Shown here piece after piece: positions 1 through 11,830 of a DNA stretch of 64,000 bases. The stretch's first letter is position 1; each line of letters starts with the position of its first letter. The translations under genes were made by a program, and so were the position numbers. The notes beneath the pieces were generated by a model. That model saw nothing but the letters and a program-made list of their open reading frames with translations. It made no database searches and was not told the DNA's origin. Source of the DNA: Eledone cirrhosa (lineage: Eukaryota); the NCBI GenBank assembly GCA_964016885.1, contig OZ024743.1, positions 121,148,001-121,212,000 of the forward strand, given 5' to 3'.

Positions 1-703
1 CCTAACTCTTCGTTATCAATCAAGTTATTTCAATGTCACTGAAGTGTAATGAAATAGAAATCATATTTTCAAGGATGTTATCATCATTATTTCGCAGTTG
101 TTGTTATTAATGTCATCACCATCGACATCATACAGCTATTATCGATTTATTGCAGCACGCACCTTTAAACCAATCGATCTAAAAGATTTCCTATTCAAGA
201 AGACGAATAGAAATACACATTCTGTACATTTATCGAAATCTAAGTCGTATTCTTGTTGTTGCTGTTTATGCCTATCTCTGTGTAGGTATCTGTGGTTGTG
301 TACAAGTGTGCTTCTACATGAATGGTGATCTTGTAATTGAAAAATGGTAAGCTTCCGGCGATTTGAATCAGTAACCTGGTTTCGAAACCATTCACTACAA
401 ATTTATGCTAATAATATTCTTTCAGAGACAAGAACGTTTCGCTCTCGGAACCCATTCAAAACAGCTAAGGATATGTACCCTGCTAAAAACCTAAATAATA
501 TGAGGTGTGTGTATGAGCGATTATATGGGTGCATGTGTGTAGGCGTGTATACAAAGGGAGACCATAACATGGAACTGTAGAAATATAACACTGCACTGCG
601 TGTATAATTAATACGGTTTTGTTTGCTTTGTTTTTACCATTGACTAATGATTTGGAAGACTGTTATTACTGCACCACAACTGAAGTGACTCGCTTTAGAA
701 AAA

Positions 704-994
704 CTAGAGAAGGCACAAGCACATACAACAACAGACCAACTTAGGCATGGTGATGTGATAAAGTTCGCACCACAGACTCATTGTATCGGGTCGGATTCCA
801 TTGGATGTTAAGTTAACCAATGCTTCACAGGTAGAGTGTGTAGTGTGGCAAAATAACTTCAGTTTCAATTCCGAAGGGATCTGGTCACAAGCTGAAGAAC
901 ATTTCAAGTTTTTCGTATGGATGAGAAGGTGAAAACGATATTGCATATCGTTTTTCTTGGATGTATTTCTGAGTCCCCTGTCATATTGCTCCAT
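704..994 (-). pseudogene. Possible decayed cadherin-repeat relic
   Basis: Translation DRGLRN..QYRF..KLF..STCEALVNL..ELYHITM loosely follows cadherin motif order (DxDxGxN, YxF, YxL, AxVxV, YxVxI). Weak on its own. Confidence 0.25.
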
Positions 995-1547
995 CCTAAT
1001 AATCTAGTCTTGACATGAAATGATTTTCATTACCGTAGTGGGAGCCATATACATATGCAAAAATAAAACCACCATTGCTCCAATTAATCTACTAACTCTC
1101 AGCAAACAACCAAAATCAAATGCCAACATGTACCCCTGAATCCTGCCTATCCAAACCTTACTCTCTCTAAATTCACAGGATCACAAAATCCACCTAATGA
1201 GGAAAAGAGACGTTGTCAAGCTGCAGCTGTCATATAATGGAGTTTCTATATAATAAAGTCAACCTTATTTTTATCTGCAGCGACTACGACCCCATTACAT
1301 AATAGTCCGTAGCCCCAGCTCCTCCCGTTGTCTTTCGACTTTAAACCCTCAAAATATTCACTTAGATGACATGATGTTGCGAATCGGGAAGTCTAGTTCA
1401 TACAACACAACATAAAAAGAAAACAGAAATAATAATTATCAACAAAATACCCAAGCTATTAAAGAAAATAAGCGAAATGAAGCCAAGAAAAAAAAAATAA
1501 ATATGATATCAGAAAATCCGATAACAAAGTTATAAACCCAAATGTCT

Positions 1548-1728
1548 GGATTGGCAGTATCGGTAGAGGGTCGGAGGCAATGCTTTGCAGCATAGAGTTA
1601 TGGCCCTTTAAGGTCTGAGTTTCAGTCTCACCGAAGTTAACTTTGCCTTTCATCCTTACGGGCCTGATAAAATAAAGTGATGCACTATGTTAATTGCTGG
1701 CCTTGTGCAAAAAGTAGAAACAATTATT
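1548..1728 (+). mobile_element. tRNA-derived SINE with (ATT)n tail (Octopus OR-like family)
   Basis: A-box-like TGGCAGTATCGG, B-box-like GAGTTTCAGTCTC, body ACTTTGCCTTTCATCC..GATAAAATAAAGT, 3' end CCTTGTGCAAAAAGTAGAAACAATTATT. Same family at 15619, 21189 and 30997. Confidence 0.8.
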
Positions 1729-2989
1729 TACATACAAATAAATATAATATACACACCCGAATACAAAACATAATTAAGTTTAAATCTTATATACACAAAC
1801 CACGAAGATCAACCTTATATACACAAACAAAGAAGATCAACCACGCAATCAAAGATTTGAAAATTAATTAACGAAATCTGAACTTACCTATCTTGGCCGC
1901 CACTAAGAATGTGGCCATTCTTCAAGGCCAATACAGAGAAAAGATGTAAATAAAGACAGAAAAAATCACTAGCTTCATATGGCACTTCGGTCAAGTGTCG
2001 GTCAAATTTATAGACGAACAAATCCCTTTAAAATTTATTACCTCTAAACAGCTAAATTTTCCCCATGTAGGTCAGGTCAGCAACATAGATCTTTCTTTAA
2101 TTACCACTTCAGAGCAAATAGGTTAAATTTCCACAGTTTCAATATAAAATTGCACACCCATTTCTTTTATAATTACTACTTTGAAGCAAATATACTAACA
2201 TTTCTTAGAACTCAAAGAACATAAATAAAATCAAGATTAAATTAAATTAAATTCTAAGCCATAAGCTTTCCATAGCAAACTTAACCTAATCACCAACATT
2301 TCTTAGAATCTCTTCTAAAAACGTTAAACTTTTACTGCATTAATGCAAATGAGTTAATTTCAAACAAGAACATCTGCAAACCTCATCACACATACATATA
2401 TAGAGAATTCAAAAATCAAGATAACAACTAATTAGTCACAAATAGGAAAGAGAAGAAAATAACATATCTGGATGTAACGCATGTGCAGGCCATGGGCACA
2501 GTTAGTCTAAAACAGAACAAAAAGGAGGCATAAAGTGGCACAAGTAGTCACTGAAGAAGTCACAGAATATGCGATGAAAAAGCTTCGAGAATTGACAACG
2601 AAGTAGCCATCCGGTTTTTAAACTAACCGACGGAAATATTACTTAAACAACAACAATGAATTGAAGTGAAACTGATGCGTATGTTTTTATTGGCAACAAC
2701 GTATAATCATATCTGTTACAAGACACGCATTTACATAACAATCTTGTAAAGCAAATACAGAAACTAGGTATATATATTTATACATACACTTATATACACA
2801 CTTACAGGCATACACACACATATATATTCATACACATCACCTTCCCTGTAGGAAATATTAATAAAATACATGATGCTCACTATCCAGCTACGGCTGCGAC
2901 TTGATATCATATAACCTGGCGTTAAATAGGACATACAAACTACGGCATGCTGATGCAAAGGTAACAAAAAATCCTGTAACCTTTGTACG

Positions 2990-3192
2990 GGTGAAAACAT
3001 ACAAATACGTCTAACTAAGACACCATAATCAAGCACTCTCTGAAAGTACATTGTGTATATCGCTCGCTCTGGTCGATCAACAAGATCCCAGACCTCATTT
3101 GCTTGCTGAGTGTGGTGGAACACCTCACATCGGACCCAGGAAGCAATATTTCCATTGGTATTTCCATTGCTAATACTATCTAACAGTCGCAA
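2990..3192 (-). pseudogene. Decayed cadherin-repeat relic
   Basis: SISNGNTNGNI...LVDRPERAIYTMYFQRVLDYG matches cadherin YxIxSGNxxGxF...LDRExxxxYxLxVxAxDxG. Confidence 0.5.
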
Positions 3193-3194
3193 CT

Positions 3195-3315
3195 CCTGGC
3201 AGAATGAGCAGCGGGAAATAACATGTCTTGCTCAAGGACAGAACACATCACCCGGTCCTAGAAGTGAACTAGCAACCTCACGATTGCAAATCCAACCACT
3301 AAGTCACGCGACTTT
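3195..3315 (-). mobile_element. tRNA-derived SINE fragment (second family)
   Basis: Contains TGTCTTGCTCAAGGACA; its reverse complement resembles the head of the SINE at 53135-53440. Confidence 0.55.
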
Positions 3316-3500
3316 ACCTTGTGCATATATTGAACTAAACATCGCACAGACATTAAACACCGAATACATATCATTAAAGGTAGCATTGCCAACAAAAACA
3401 TAGACTCTGCCATACAAAACCTCTCAATTAATCAAACCAGCAAAGCTGTAACAATACTCACTACAGGAAACTCAATCTTAAAGTCTAGAAGCACCCACAC

Positions 3501-4061
<561 letters not shown>

Positions 4062-4062
<1 letters not shown>

Positions 4063-4415
4063 CAAAATTGTAGCTGATGTTCTTGGCCTTCTGCACTCTA
4101 GTCTCAACTTTTCTATCTTCAGTGAAGATAATCCCTAGGTTCTTGAACTCTTTCACTCTTATGCAAACATATTCGTGTATCAGGACAGATGCATACATAT
4201 ATATATTTACGAGTACCTATACCTATATACCTATATATCACCTTGACCGGTGATATATAAGTACTCGTAAATATATATATGTATGCGTCTCTCCTGATAC
4301 ACGAATATGTTTGCATAAGAGTGAAAGAGTTCAAGAACCTAGGGATTATCTTCACTGAAGATAGAAAAGTTGAGACTAGAGTGCAGAAGGCCAAGAACAT
4401 CAGCTACAATTTTGT
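4062..4415. repeat. Near-perfect long palindrome (~170 bp arms, 6-nt loop at ~4243-4248)
   Basis: 4062-4242 is the reverse complement of 4249-4415 apart from 2 substitutions and a small ACCTAT(AT) microduplication. Confidence 0.95.
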
Positions 4416-4885
4416 CTTACTCTTTAAACACATTAGCATCCTAATGAAAGCAAAGCTAAGCTAATCGGCACAAGCTTCTTCCCAGATTCCCCTGCCACTG
4501 CCAGCTCTGGACCCTGAGTAAGTCTCTAGAGCTCAAAGTCACGACCTGCGAGACGCACTGCCTGAGAAAGGTTGTCTACAATACAAGACACTATAGGATC
4601 AGGAACGATGAGATGAGGAAAATGGTGGGGAGAGAGCCAATCCTTCGTTATATAAAACAACAAAGAGTACGGTAGTTCACGAATATGTCAGCCTACTATC
4701 TAGCCCATCGTGTGTAGAAAACAAATATGTTTGGGAACAAGGCCAAAGACCGACCTAGGAACAAGAGGATTGATGACTTCAAGAAAACAAGAAAACCCTG
4801 ACATCAAATGGCATCAAGCCAAACTAGGCCTTTGAACAGAGAATAGCGATTTTTTTTTTACCGAGACACCCCAAGGGTACAAGAA
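4315..4885 (+). mobile_element. Degraded RTE-like LINE 3' fragment
   Basis: VKEFKNLGIIFTEDRKVETRVQKAK (RT thumb FxYLG region), then RIRNDEMR and AKDRPRNK remnants typical of the RTE C-terminus. Confidence 0.6.
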
Positions 4886-4894
4886 GAGTGATTG

Positions 4895-5037
4895 TGTGTG
4901 TGTGTGTGTGTGTGTGTCTACATACATGTGTGTACGCGCGCACCTGTGTGTGTGTGTGCATATCTCTGTATGTATATATATATATATGTATATACATACA
5001 GAGATATGCACACACACACACGTGCGCGCGTACACAC

Positions 5038-5131
<94 letters not shown>

Positions 5132-5427
5132 ATATATATATATATGTGTGTGTGTGTATATATATACATATATACACTGTATATATATATATGTATGTAT
5201 GTATATATATATATATGTATAGGAAAATGTATGACCCCGACGGCAGAGCTCAAGCCGTCGGAGTCATACTTTTTCCTAACACCCACTCTATTACCGTAAG
5301 TATTGAGTACTCTGGTGCGTTATGGTCCATGTGTGTGTGTGCATATCTCTGTATGTATATATATATATATGTATATACATACAGAGATATGCACACACAC
5401 ACACGTACGCGCGTACACACATGTATA

Positions 5428-5497
<70 letters not shown>

Positions 5498-5774
5498 CAT
5501 ATATACACTGTATATATATATAGATGTATGTATATATATATATATATATGTGTGTGTATATATATACATATATACACTGTATATATATATATATGTATGT
5601 ATGTATATATATGTATATATATATATATATATATATGTATAGGAAAATGTATGACCCCGATGGCAGAGCTCAAGCCGTCGGAGTCATACTTTTTCCTAAC
5701 ACCCACTCTACTACCGTAAGTATTGAGTACTCTGGTGCGTTATGGTCCACCTGGTTCCTTACCGCAATCCCTCG

Positions 5775-5775
<1 letters not shown>
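4895..5775. repeat. ~420 bp tandem duplication of compound microsatellite plus palindromic element
   Basis: GCATATCTCTGTATG, CAGAGATATGC and AGGAAAATGTATGACCCC blocks each occur twice (5221 vs 5641). Confidence 0.9.
5219..5330 (+). mobile_element. Palindromic (TA)n-embedded short element, copy 1 (tail truncated)
   Basis: Hairpin AGGAAAATGTATGACCCCGACGGC-AGAGCTCAA-GCCGTCGGAGTCATACTTTTTCCT plus conserved tail ACCCACTCTA..GAGTACTCTGGTGCGTTATGGTCCA. Confidence 0.8.

Positions 5776-5776
<1 letters not shown>
5639..5776 (+). mobile_element. Palindromic short element, copy 2
   Basis: As copy 1 with full tail; (TA)n on both sides. Confidence 0.8.
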
Positions 5777-5812
<36 letters not shown>

Positions 5813-5814
<2 letters not shown>

Positions 5815-5888
5815 ATTGTTTCTACTTTTGGCACAAGGCCAGCAATTAGCCAGTACAATACTGGTACTTTATTTTATCGACCCCGTAT
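5813..5888 (-). mobile_element. SINE 3' fragment (OR-like)
   Basis: Near-identical to 15619-15690. Confidence 0.75.
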
Positions 5889-6339
5889 AATAATAAAATG
5901 TAGAGAGGAAGCCCACGAGTTAGGATATATATATATATATATATGAAAACAGAGAGAAAGAGACGATTATTAGAAAGAAAAATATTTTTTTTCCTTTTTT
6001 GTTTCTCTCTCTTTTTTTTCTGGGTTAGAACATGATTAAAACGAAATGTTTTACTTTGTGTGAAGTGTTAAGGTATTAGTTGATTTATTTATTATTTAAC
6101 AATGGCATTTATTTATCTATTCATATATTTCATTATTGTCTATTACCGGTTTCAGCATTTTTATGCATTATCAAATGATAGTGAAATGTATTAGTGTGGT
6201 GGCGCACATGTTAAACAGAAGGTGCAGAAAGAATAATGTTATTTACAAACAAGATTTATGAAGTGAAAAGAAAAAAGAAAAAGAAAAAAAACGTGCATAA
6301 TGTAGAGCATAAAAAGTCAATGTGGAAGAAAAAATAATG

Positions 6340-8200
6340 TTATTTACAAGCATAGTTATTGAAGTTAAGCAGATCAAAATGTAGGGTGTAGTTGCTTCTA
6401 TTTCTGGCTATTGAGTCATTCTCATTGTATTTGTCGTATAGTTGTTCGCTGAGTCTTAGTTTTCTACAGAATTCTGCAGTATCTTCCTTCATTTCGGGGT
6501 ACTTTGGTTGTTGGGGAGTTGGTGTAAATTTTAGACCTTTGGAGAGTATGATGATTTGGTCTGTTGTTAATACTTTAGAGGTCAAATTGACAATTTTTAT
6601 TGCATTTTGTGTCTCCTGTGTGTTTTGTGTTATCTTATAATCCTGTGTCTGTGTGCTGTGTCTAAAAAATGATTACGGAAGTTGTGATGGCTGTTGAAGT
6701 TTAGATGTCTCTTATAGTTGTATTGGCCCCTGTTGTTGTTGTAATATGGTGTGTAGCTGTGGTGGTTGTTGAGTTTAGGTTGTATCGTGTGATTGTATTG
6801 AGCCCTGCTGACGTTGTTGTAGGGTGTGTATATTTGATGGACGTGGTTATAGGGTGTGAAGTTGTGGTGGTTGTTGAAGTTGAGTTGTATCGTGTGGTTG
6901 TGTTGAGCACTGCTGTTGTTGTAGGGTGTGTAGACTTGGTGGTAGTTGTAGTAGGGTTGTCTTGTGTGGTCATATTGAGTCCTGTTGTTGCTGTTATATG
7001 GTGTGTAGCTATGGGGGTTGTAGTGGTTAGGGTGTCTCGTGTGGTTGTATTGTCTCCTGCTGGTGTTGTTGTAGTAGGATGTGGTTAGTGAGGGAGGATT
7101 GATTAGGGTTTCTTTATAGCTGGTGTGTGGTTGTGAGGCCCTGTGTGACATGTGTAGTAGTTGTGTATTTTTGGTTCTATGTTGGAAGTAATGATGGTTG
7201 TGGCTTTGTTGTGTGGGGATGTTAGGGGGGTTGTAAGTGTGGGGGGTTTTATGGTTTCTCCTGGTTGGAGAGAAGTTGTAGTGTCTATCTTGTAGCTGAT
7301 GTTTCTCTATTACTATATTTGTTGCTTGGGAGTCCGTGTGGTAGTTCTGTGGAGGATGTAGGAGGTAGGGGCGAGGTGATGCTTTCTTTTGTTGGTATGT
7401 GGGGAGGTATTGTTTTTTTGTTGTTGTTGGTTGTTGTGTGGTGTTTGGGGGTTGATTGAGTTTTCTTGTTATTATGGTTTTAATTAAGGGGTTCTTGGAT
7501 GTGTGTTCTTTTTGGAAAAGTGTTTCATAGTTAGAGAACCAGTTTTCGTTTATTTCCCAGCGTTAAAGTTATTTTAATTCTTCCTTATTACAGTCTTCTA
7601 ACCAAAATTTTGAAATATTTTCTAGGGTGGTGTCTTTGGTTATATTGATAATTGCTAGATTAATCTCATCGTCGATTGATTTGATCCTATCTTCATTTGC
7701 TTGGGCTCTCAATTTAAGGAGTTCAAATTCGGTTTTTATGTTATCAAGTGCCTTCTTTCCCTGAGGTGTCTTTGTGTCTCTGGTTCGTTTGGGATGGATT
7801 TAATTTGTAGTTTGCGGGGGATGATTAATGGGGATGAGTTAATCCATTTTTCATAGATCTCCGCTTTGTTATTGTTTTGTATCATCTTCCAAAAGGAGAA
7901 TTTCATGTTGTTAAGAGATGTGTACCATTGTGGTATTAAATTGTTTTTTATTTGGTAAGTTGTAAGTGTATTAGTGTCATGTGTATTTTCGTTCGTTTGA
8001 ATAGGGTTTGTGTTGTTATTCAGGTGTGTTTTTATTGTTTCACATAAGTTATTGATATTGTCGTTGATTTCATAGGATGTGTATTTGGTGATTGTTTCTT
8101 CACTTGTAGAGTTAAGTTTGTTGGTGAGTATTGACAAATTAGAGTTAATTTTTTGTAGTTCTTGGAGTATCTCTTGATTGATGCTAATGAGAGTGGAGTC
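6340..8200 (-). pseudogene. Disrupted N-terminal part of PLE ORF
   Basis: LSKGLKFTPTP...EFCRKLRL is the typical pre-RT motif of Penelope-like ORFs. Preceded by an N/H/Y-rich repeat; broken by stops and frameshifts. Confidence 0.75.
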
Positions 8201-8232
8201 TGAATGGACTCAACACAAACTTACAATTCACA

Positions 8233-9201
8233 ATGGATTACAGCCATGAACAACTCCCTATCCTTGACATCCTCATCAAGAAAACAAGCAACAAAGTAGA
8301 ATCAGACATATACTACAAACCCACAGACTCCAAACAATACCTTCCATTCAACTCGTACCACCCTAGACACACCAAAATGGCAATTCCTTATAACCTAGAG
8401 AGAGGGATCTGCACAATAGTTTCAGATAAATACACATGCTACACTCGACTAGAAGAATTAAAAAGCACACTTATCAGCAGAAACTACCCACCATCCCTAA
8501 TCACCAATGGATTCCAATGTGCCCTAAAACTAGACATCCAGGAACTCAGACACCCCAAACCCAGGAATGAACGGCAACAAAAAACTCTACCATACATCTC
8601 CACACACAACCCCCTCAACAATGAGGCATTCGACACCATCCTCCAGAATATTCCTTTACTAAAAAGAGACCCAAGAATGAACAAAATCCTCCAACCACAC
8701 AACATCATAAAGAGCAAAAGACAACCTAAATCCATAAAAAACATCCTCACACAAGCCAAAATCCAACAAACCCTCACAAAAGTAACAAAATGCGGAAGGC
8801 CCAACTGTGGCATATGCATAAATCTAATAGAAGGTTCAACATTCCATTTTAAACAAGGACAGCGTTTCACAGTTAAACACAACTTTACATGTGCATATGA
8901 AAACCTTATCTATGTTTTGACCTGCTCAGGTTGTCAAGAGCACTACATAGAACAGACAAAAAACAGCCTCCGTCAACGTGTGACCGTCCATAAATCACAA
9001 ATTAAAATACAGGAATACAGAAAGATTGCATTTAGTGAACATATCGCCAATTGTGCTCACAACCAACATCCAAACTTTAAAATTTCCCCCATTTACAAAT
9101 TCATAGACAATGCTACTTTCATCCAACGTACCAATAAGGAAACACATTACATTAATAAATTCCAACCCCTACTTAATGCTCTAAAAATCGGACCAATCTA
9201 A
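8233..9201 (+). CDS. 5'-truncated PLE ORF: RT thumb, Cys-rich linker, GIY-YIG endonuclease
   Basis: LPILDILI, DIYYKPTDSKQYLPFNSYHP, CGRPNCGIC linker and NLIYVLTCSGCQEHYIEQTKNSLRQRVTVH (GIY-YIG; the YIG glycine is replaced by E). Confidence 0.92.
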   Translation: MDYSHEQLPILDILIKKTSNKVESDIYYKPTDSKQYLPFNSYHPRHTKMAIPYNLERGICTIVSDKYTCYTRLEELKSTLISRNYPPSLITNGFQCALKLDIQELRHPKPRNERQQKTLPYISTHNPLNNEAFDTILQNIPLLKRDPRMNKILQPHNIIKSKRQPKSIKNILTQAKIQQTLTKVTKCGRPNCGICINLIEGSTFHFKQGQRFTVKHNFTCAYENLIYVLTCSGCQEHYIEQTKNSLRQRVTVHKSQIKIQEYRKIAFSEHIANCAHNQHPNFKISPIYKFIDNATFIQRTNKETHYINKFQPLLNALKIGPI

Positions 9202-9841
9202 AACTACAACAAACAATCAAACATTTACAAGAGTTACCTCGCGCACACCCTTATAATCCTTTTTCTTAAATAAATTAAATATCATCCAGCAAGAATTGCT
9301 TCCCCCTGCATATTAACTATCTAAAAAGGGAAATCATATCAAACCTCAGTCCACCATTTGCCTCCATCATGGAATCATGGATCAACTAATCACTCTTGCT
9401 ATATCAACACATTTTGATCTGCTTAACTTCAATAACTATGCCTGTAAATAACATTATTTTTTCTTCCACATTGACTTTTGTTTGCTCTAAATTATGCACG
9501 TTTTTTTTCCTTTTTCTTTTTTCTTTTCACTTCATAAGCCTTGTTTTTAAATAATATTATTCTGTCTGCACCTTCTGTTTAACATGTGCGACACCACACT
9601 AATACATTTCGCTATCATTTGATAATGCATAAAAATGCTGAAACCGGCAATAATTAAATATATAAATAGATAAATAAATGCCTTTGTTAAATAATAATTA
9701 AATCAACTAATACCGTAACACTTCACACAAAGTAAAACATTTCGTTTTAATCATTTTCTAACCCAGAAAAAAGAGAGAGAGAAACAAAAAAGGAAAAAAA
9801 TATATTTTTCTTCCTAATAATCGTCTCTTTCTCCCTGTTTT

Positions 9842-9931
<90 letters not shown>

Positions 9932-9936
<5 letters not shown>

Positions 9937-10062
9937 AAGGAATTGTGGTAAGGAAACAGATGGACCATAACGCACCAGAGTACTCAATACTTAGGGTAGT
10001 AGAATGAGAAATAGGAAAAAGTATGACCCCGATGGCTGCCGTCGGGGTCATACTTTTTCCTA
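9932..10062 (-). mobile_element. Palindromic short element, copy 3 (collapsed hairpin)
   Basis: AGGAAAAAGTATGACCCCGATGGCTGCCGTCGGGGTCATACTTTTTCCT plus the same tail, reversed. Confidence 0.8.
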
Positions 10063-10259
10063 TATATCTATATCTATATATATATACACAGATACGTAAT
10101 GAAAATTTGACACCTCGTCCATATTATTAATATATATATATATGTGTATATACATTTATTGATATACATATATATGTGTTTGTGTGGGTGTGCGTGTGTT
10201 CGTGTGTGTCTGTATTCCATCTACTAAATCAATAATTCAGTAATAGATGGTCGATTGCG

Positions 10260-10480
10260 TATCCTCCAAATGGAGGTAATTTGTTCCAGCTTCTCCTGGT
10301 AATAGGAAGAGTACATCGGTTTAGTGGTAAGAAGTAGTAAGAAGTGGTAAAGAACACTTTCGCCATTTTCGCCTCAATACTAATATGAGTTTTCTCTTGA
10401 TATCAGTGGTGTGCCAGCTTACATTAAATATTCGGAGCTCGAATAATATCGTTGGGAAATGTAGGTTAGAGATAGGCTAT
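10260..10480 (-). pseudogene. Decayed cadherin-repeat relic
   Basis: PTFPN...AGTPLISRENSY*Y*GENGESVLYHF matches cadherin PxF...GTxV...AxDxDxGxNGxVxYxF, with stops. Confidence 0.5.
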
Positions 10481-10779
10481 TTTAAAGATATGCATTATTG
10501 AGCTTATCTTCAACTGACACCTGATGTGTAAGTGATGGCGCATAAAATAGTGATGGCGCATAAAATACATGTTAACTTGCCGTATCAACCTGCAGCCATC
10601 CGATACATATTTGCAATTAACTTTTAAAATAAATCAATTCAAGATCCCATTTGGTATGTCAAAAGAGAAAAGTCAAGTGCAAGGCCTCGTATTTACCTCC
10701 CTTTTCCAGTGTTGACACATGGTCAATTTACTACATCAAGTAGACATATCAGACGACCTAATAAACTGTTATTACTTTA

Positions 10780-10982
10780 TTCTTTTACTGGTTTCCATCA
10801 TTAGACTGAAGCTATGAAAGGACACCAGATTGATGAGATTTTCTAGATTATATCGATCCCAGTACTTATCTTTCCATATCTGGTATTTATTGTATTGGTT
10901 TCCTTCCGTCTAGCCGCTAAGTTACGGCATATAGACAACAAACGCAAACATACGGATGCACACAGATACATACATACACAGA

Positions 10983-11061
<79 letters not shown>

Positions 11062-11240
11062 GTACACGCGCGCGCGCACACACATACACACATGTACCTA
11101 TATATATATATATATATATATATACGTCAAACTTCCACGCTGTTTCTGTCTATGAAATTATACTCATAAACCATAAATGAACCCGAGCTTCCATGCATTC
11201 GAACTGAACCCGAAGCCACAAGCCTATACCTGCGCCTTTT
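10780..11240 (-). mobile_element. Degraded SINE fragments with (CT)n/(CA)n/(TA)n microsatellites
   Basis: ATCGATCCCAGTACTTA, GCCGCTAAGTTACGG and GAACTGAACCCGAAGCCAC segments; similar debris at 57390-57690. Orientation tentative. Confidence 0.45.
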
Positions 11241-11419
11241 GTGGTATATAGTAAAATAAACTGGTAAAATGTTATATGCATTTTGTTTTATTAAATGATT
11301 ATTTTTTCTGATTTCTGTTAATTTTTATCGTCGTCAATTTTCTAATGACATGATATTTAAAATCGTCGTTTTTAACATTTTTTAATGAATCATGATACAT
11401 TAGATTTATTATTTTTCAG

Positions 11420-11830
11420 CAATCTTAAAGCTTTCACTGCACAATCAAAACCCAGATCTGTATTCCATAAGCGACAGTAGCCTTTCTTTTATTTTTCCTT
11501 TTTGTAATTCCTATTGAATTGAAAGTACGTTGTGTAAATACGTGTGCAAAGTTGTTGTGTTATAGTAATACATTTTTCTGCATTTGTTTCAATAATTTCC
11601 AAGGCAGCTTGCGACAAATCGATAACAGCAGCTGAAATATGCGTGGTTGTGAGTAATACTGCGAGGAAAATATCGCCTGTTTGTATGGTTATCACTAAGT
11701 GTTATATATCAGATATGTTCTCCCTTCTCTTGACAGAAGTCTATCGCAAATGGCAACTAACAGGGAATATTCTCAGCTGTAGTAATCTGTGAATACACAA
11801 GATGATTCCAAAAAACTCATTAACACTTTT
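11420..11830 (-). pseudogene. Decayed cadherin-repeat relic (about 1.3 repeats)
   Basis: Across frameshifts: TAENIP..AIDFCQEKGEHI*Y..IQTGDIFL..NVLL*HNNFAHVFTQ..TDLGFDCAV, in cadherin order (EN.P, AxDxD.G, TGxIxL, NDNxPxF, DxG). Confidence 0.5.

Larger units (their letters stand above)
5945..9844. mobile_element. Penelope-like element (Neptune-type), head-to-head composite with ~435 bp inverted termini
   Basis: 5945-6381 is the reverse complement of 9410-9844; (TA)n on both flanks; N-terminal ORF relic on - and RT-thumb/GIY-YIG on +. Confidence 0.9.

Noticed and set aside
1881-2015. Possible minus-strand first exon (TATAAA, ATG MATFLVAAKI, GTAAGT donor)
   Set aside because: Only 10 codons and no downstream exon identified; could be chance.
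11544-11792. Plus-strand ORF resembling a Tc1 HTH (SITAAEI), or a membrane protein on the minus strand
   Set aside because: No TIRs or DDE motifs; the minus-strand cadherin motif order fits better.
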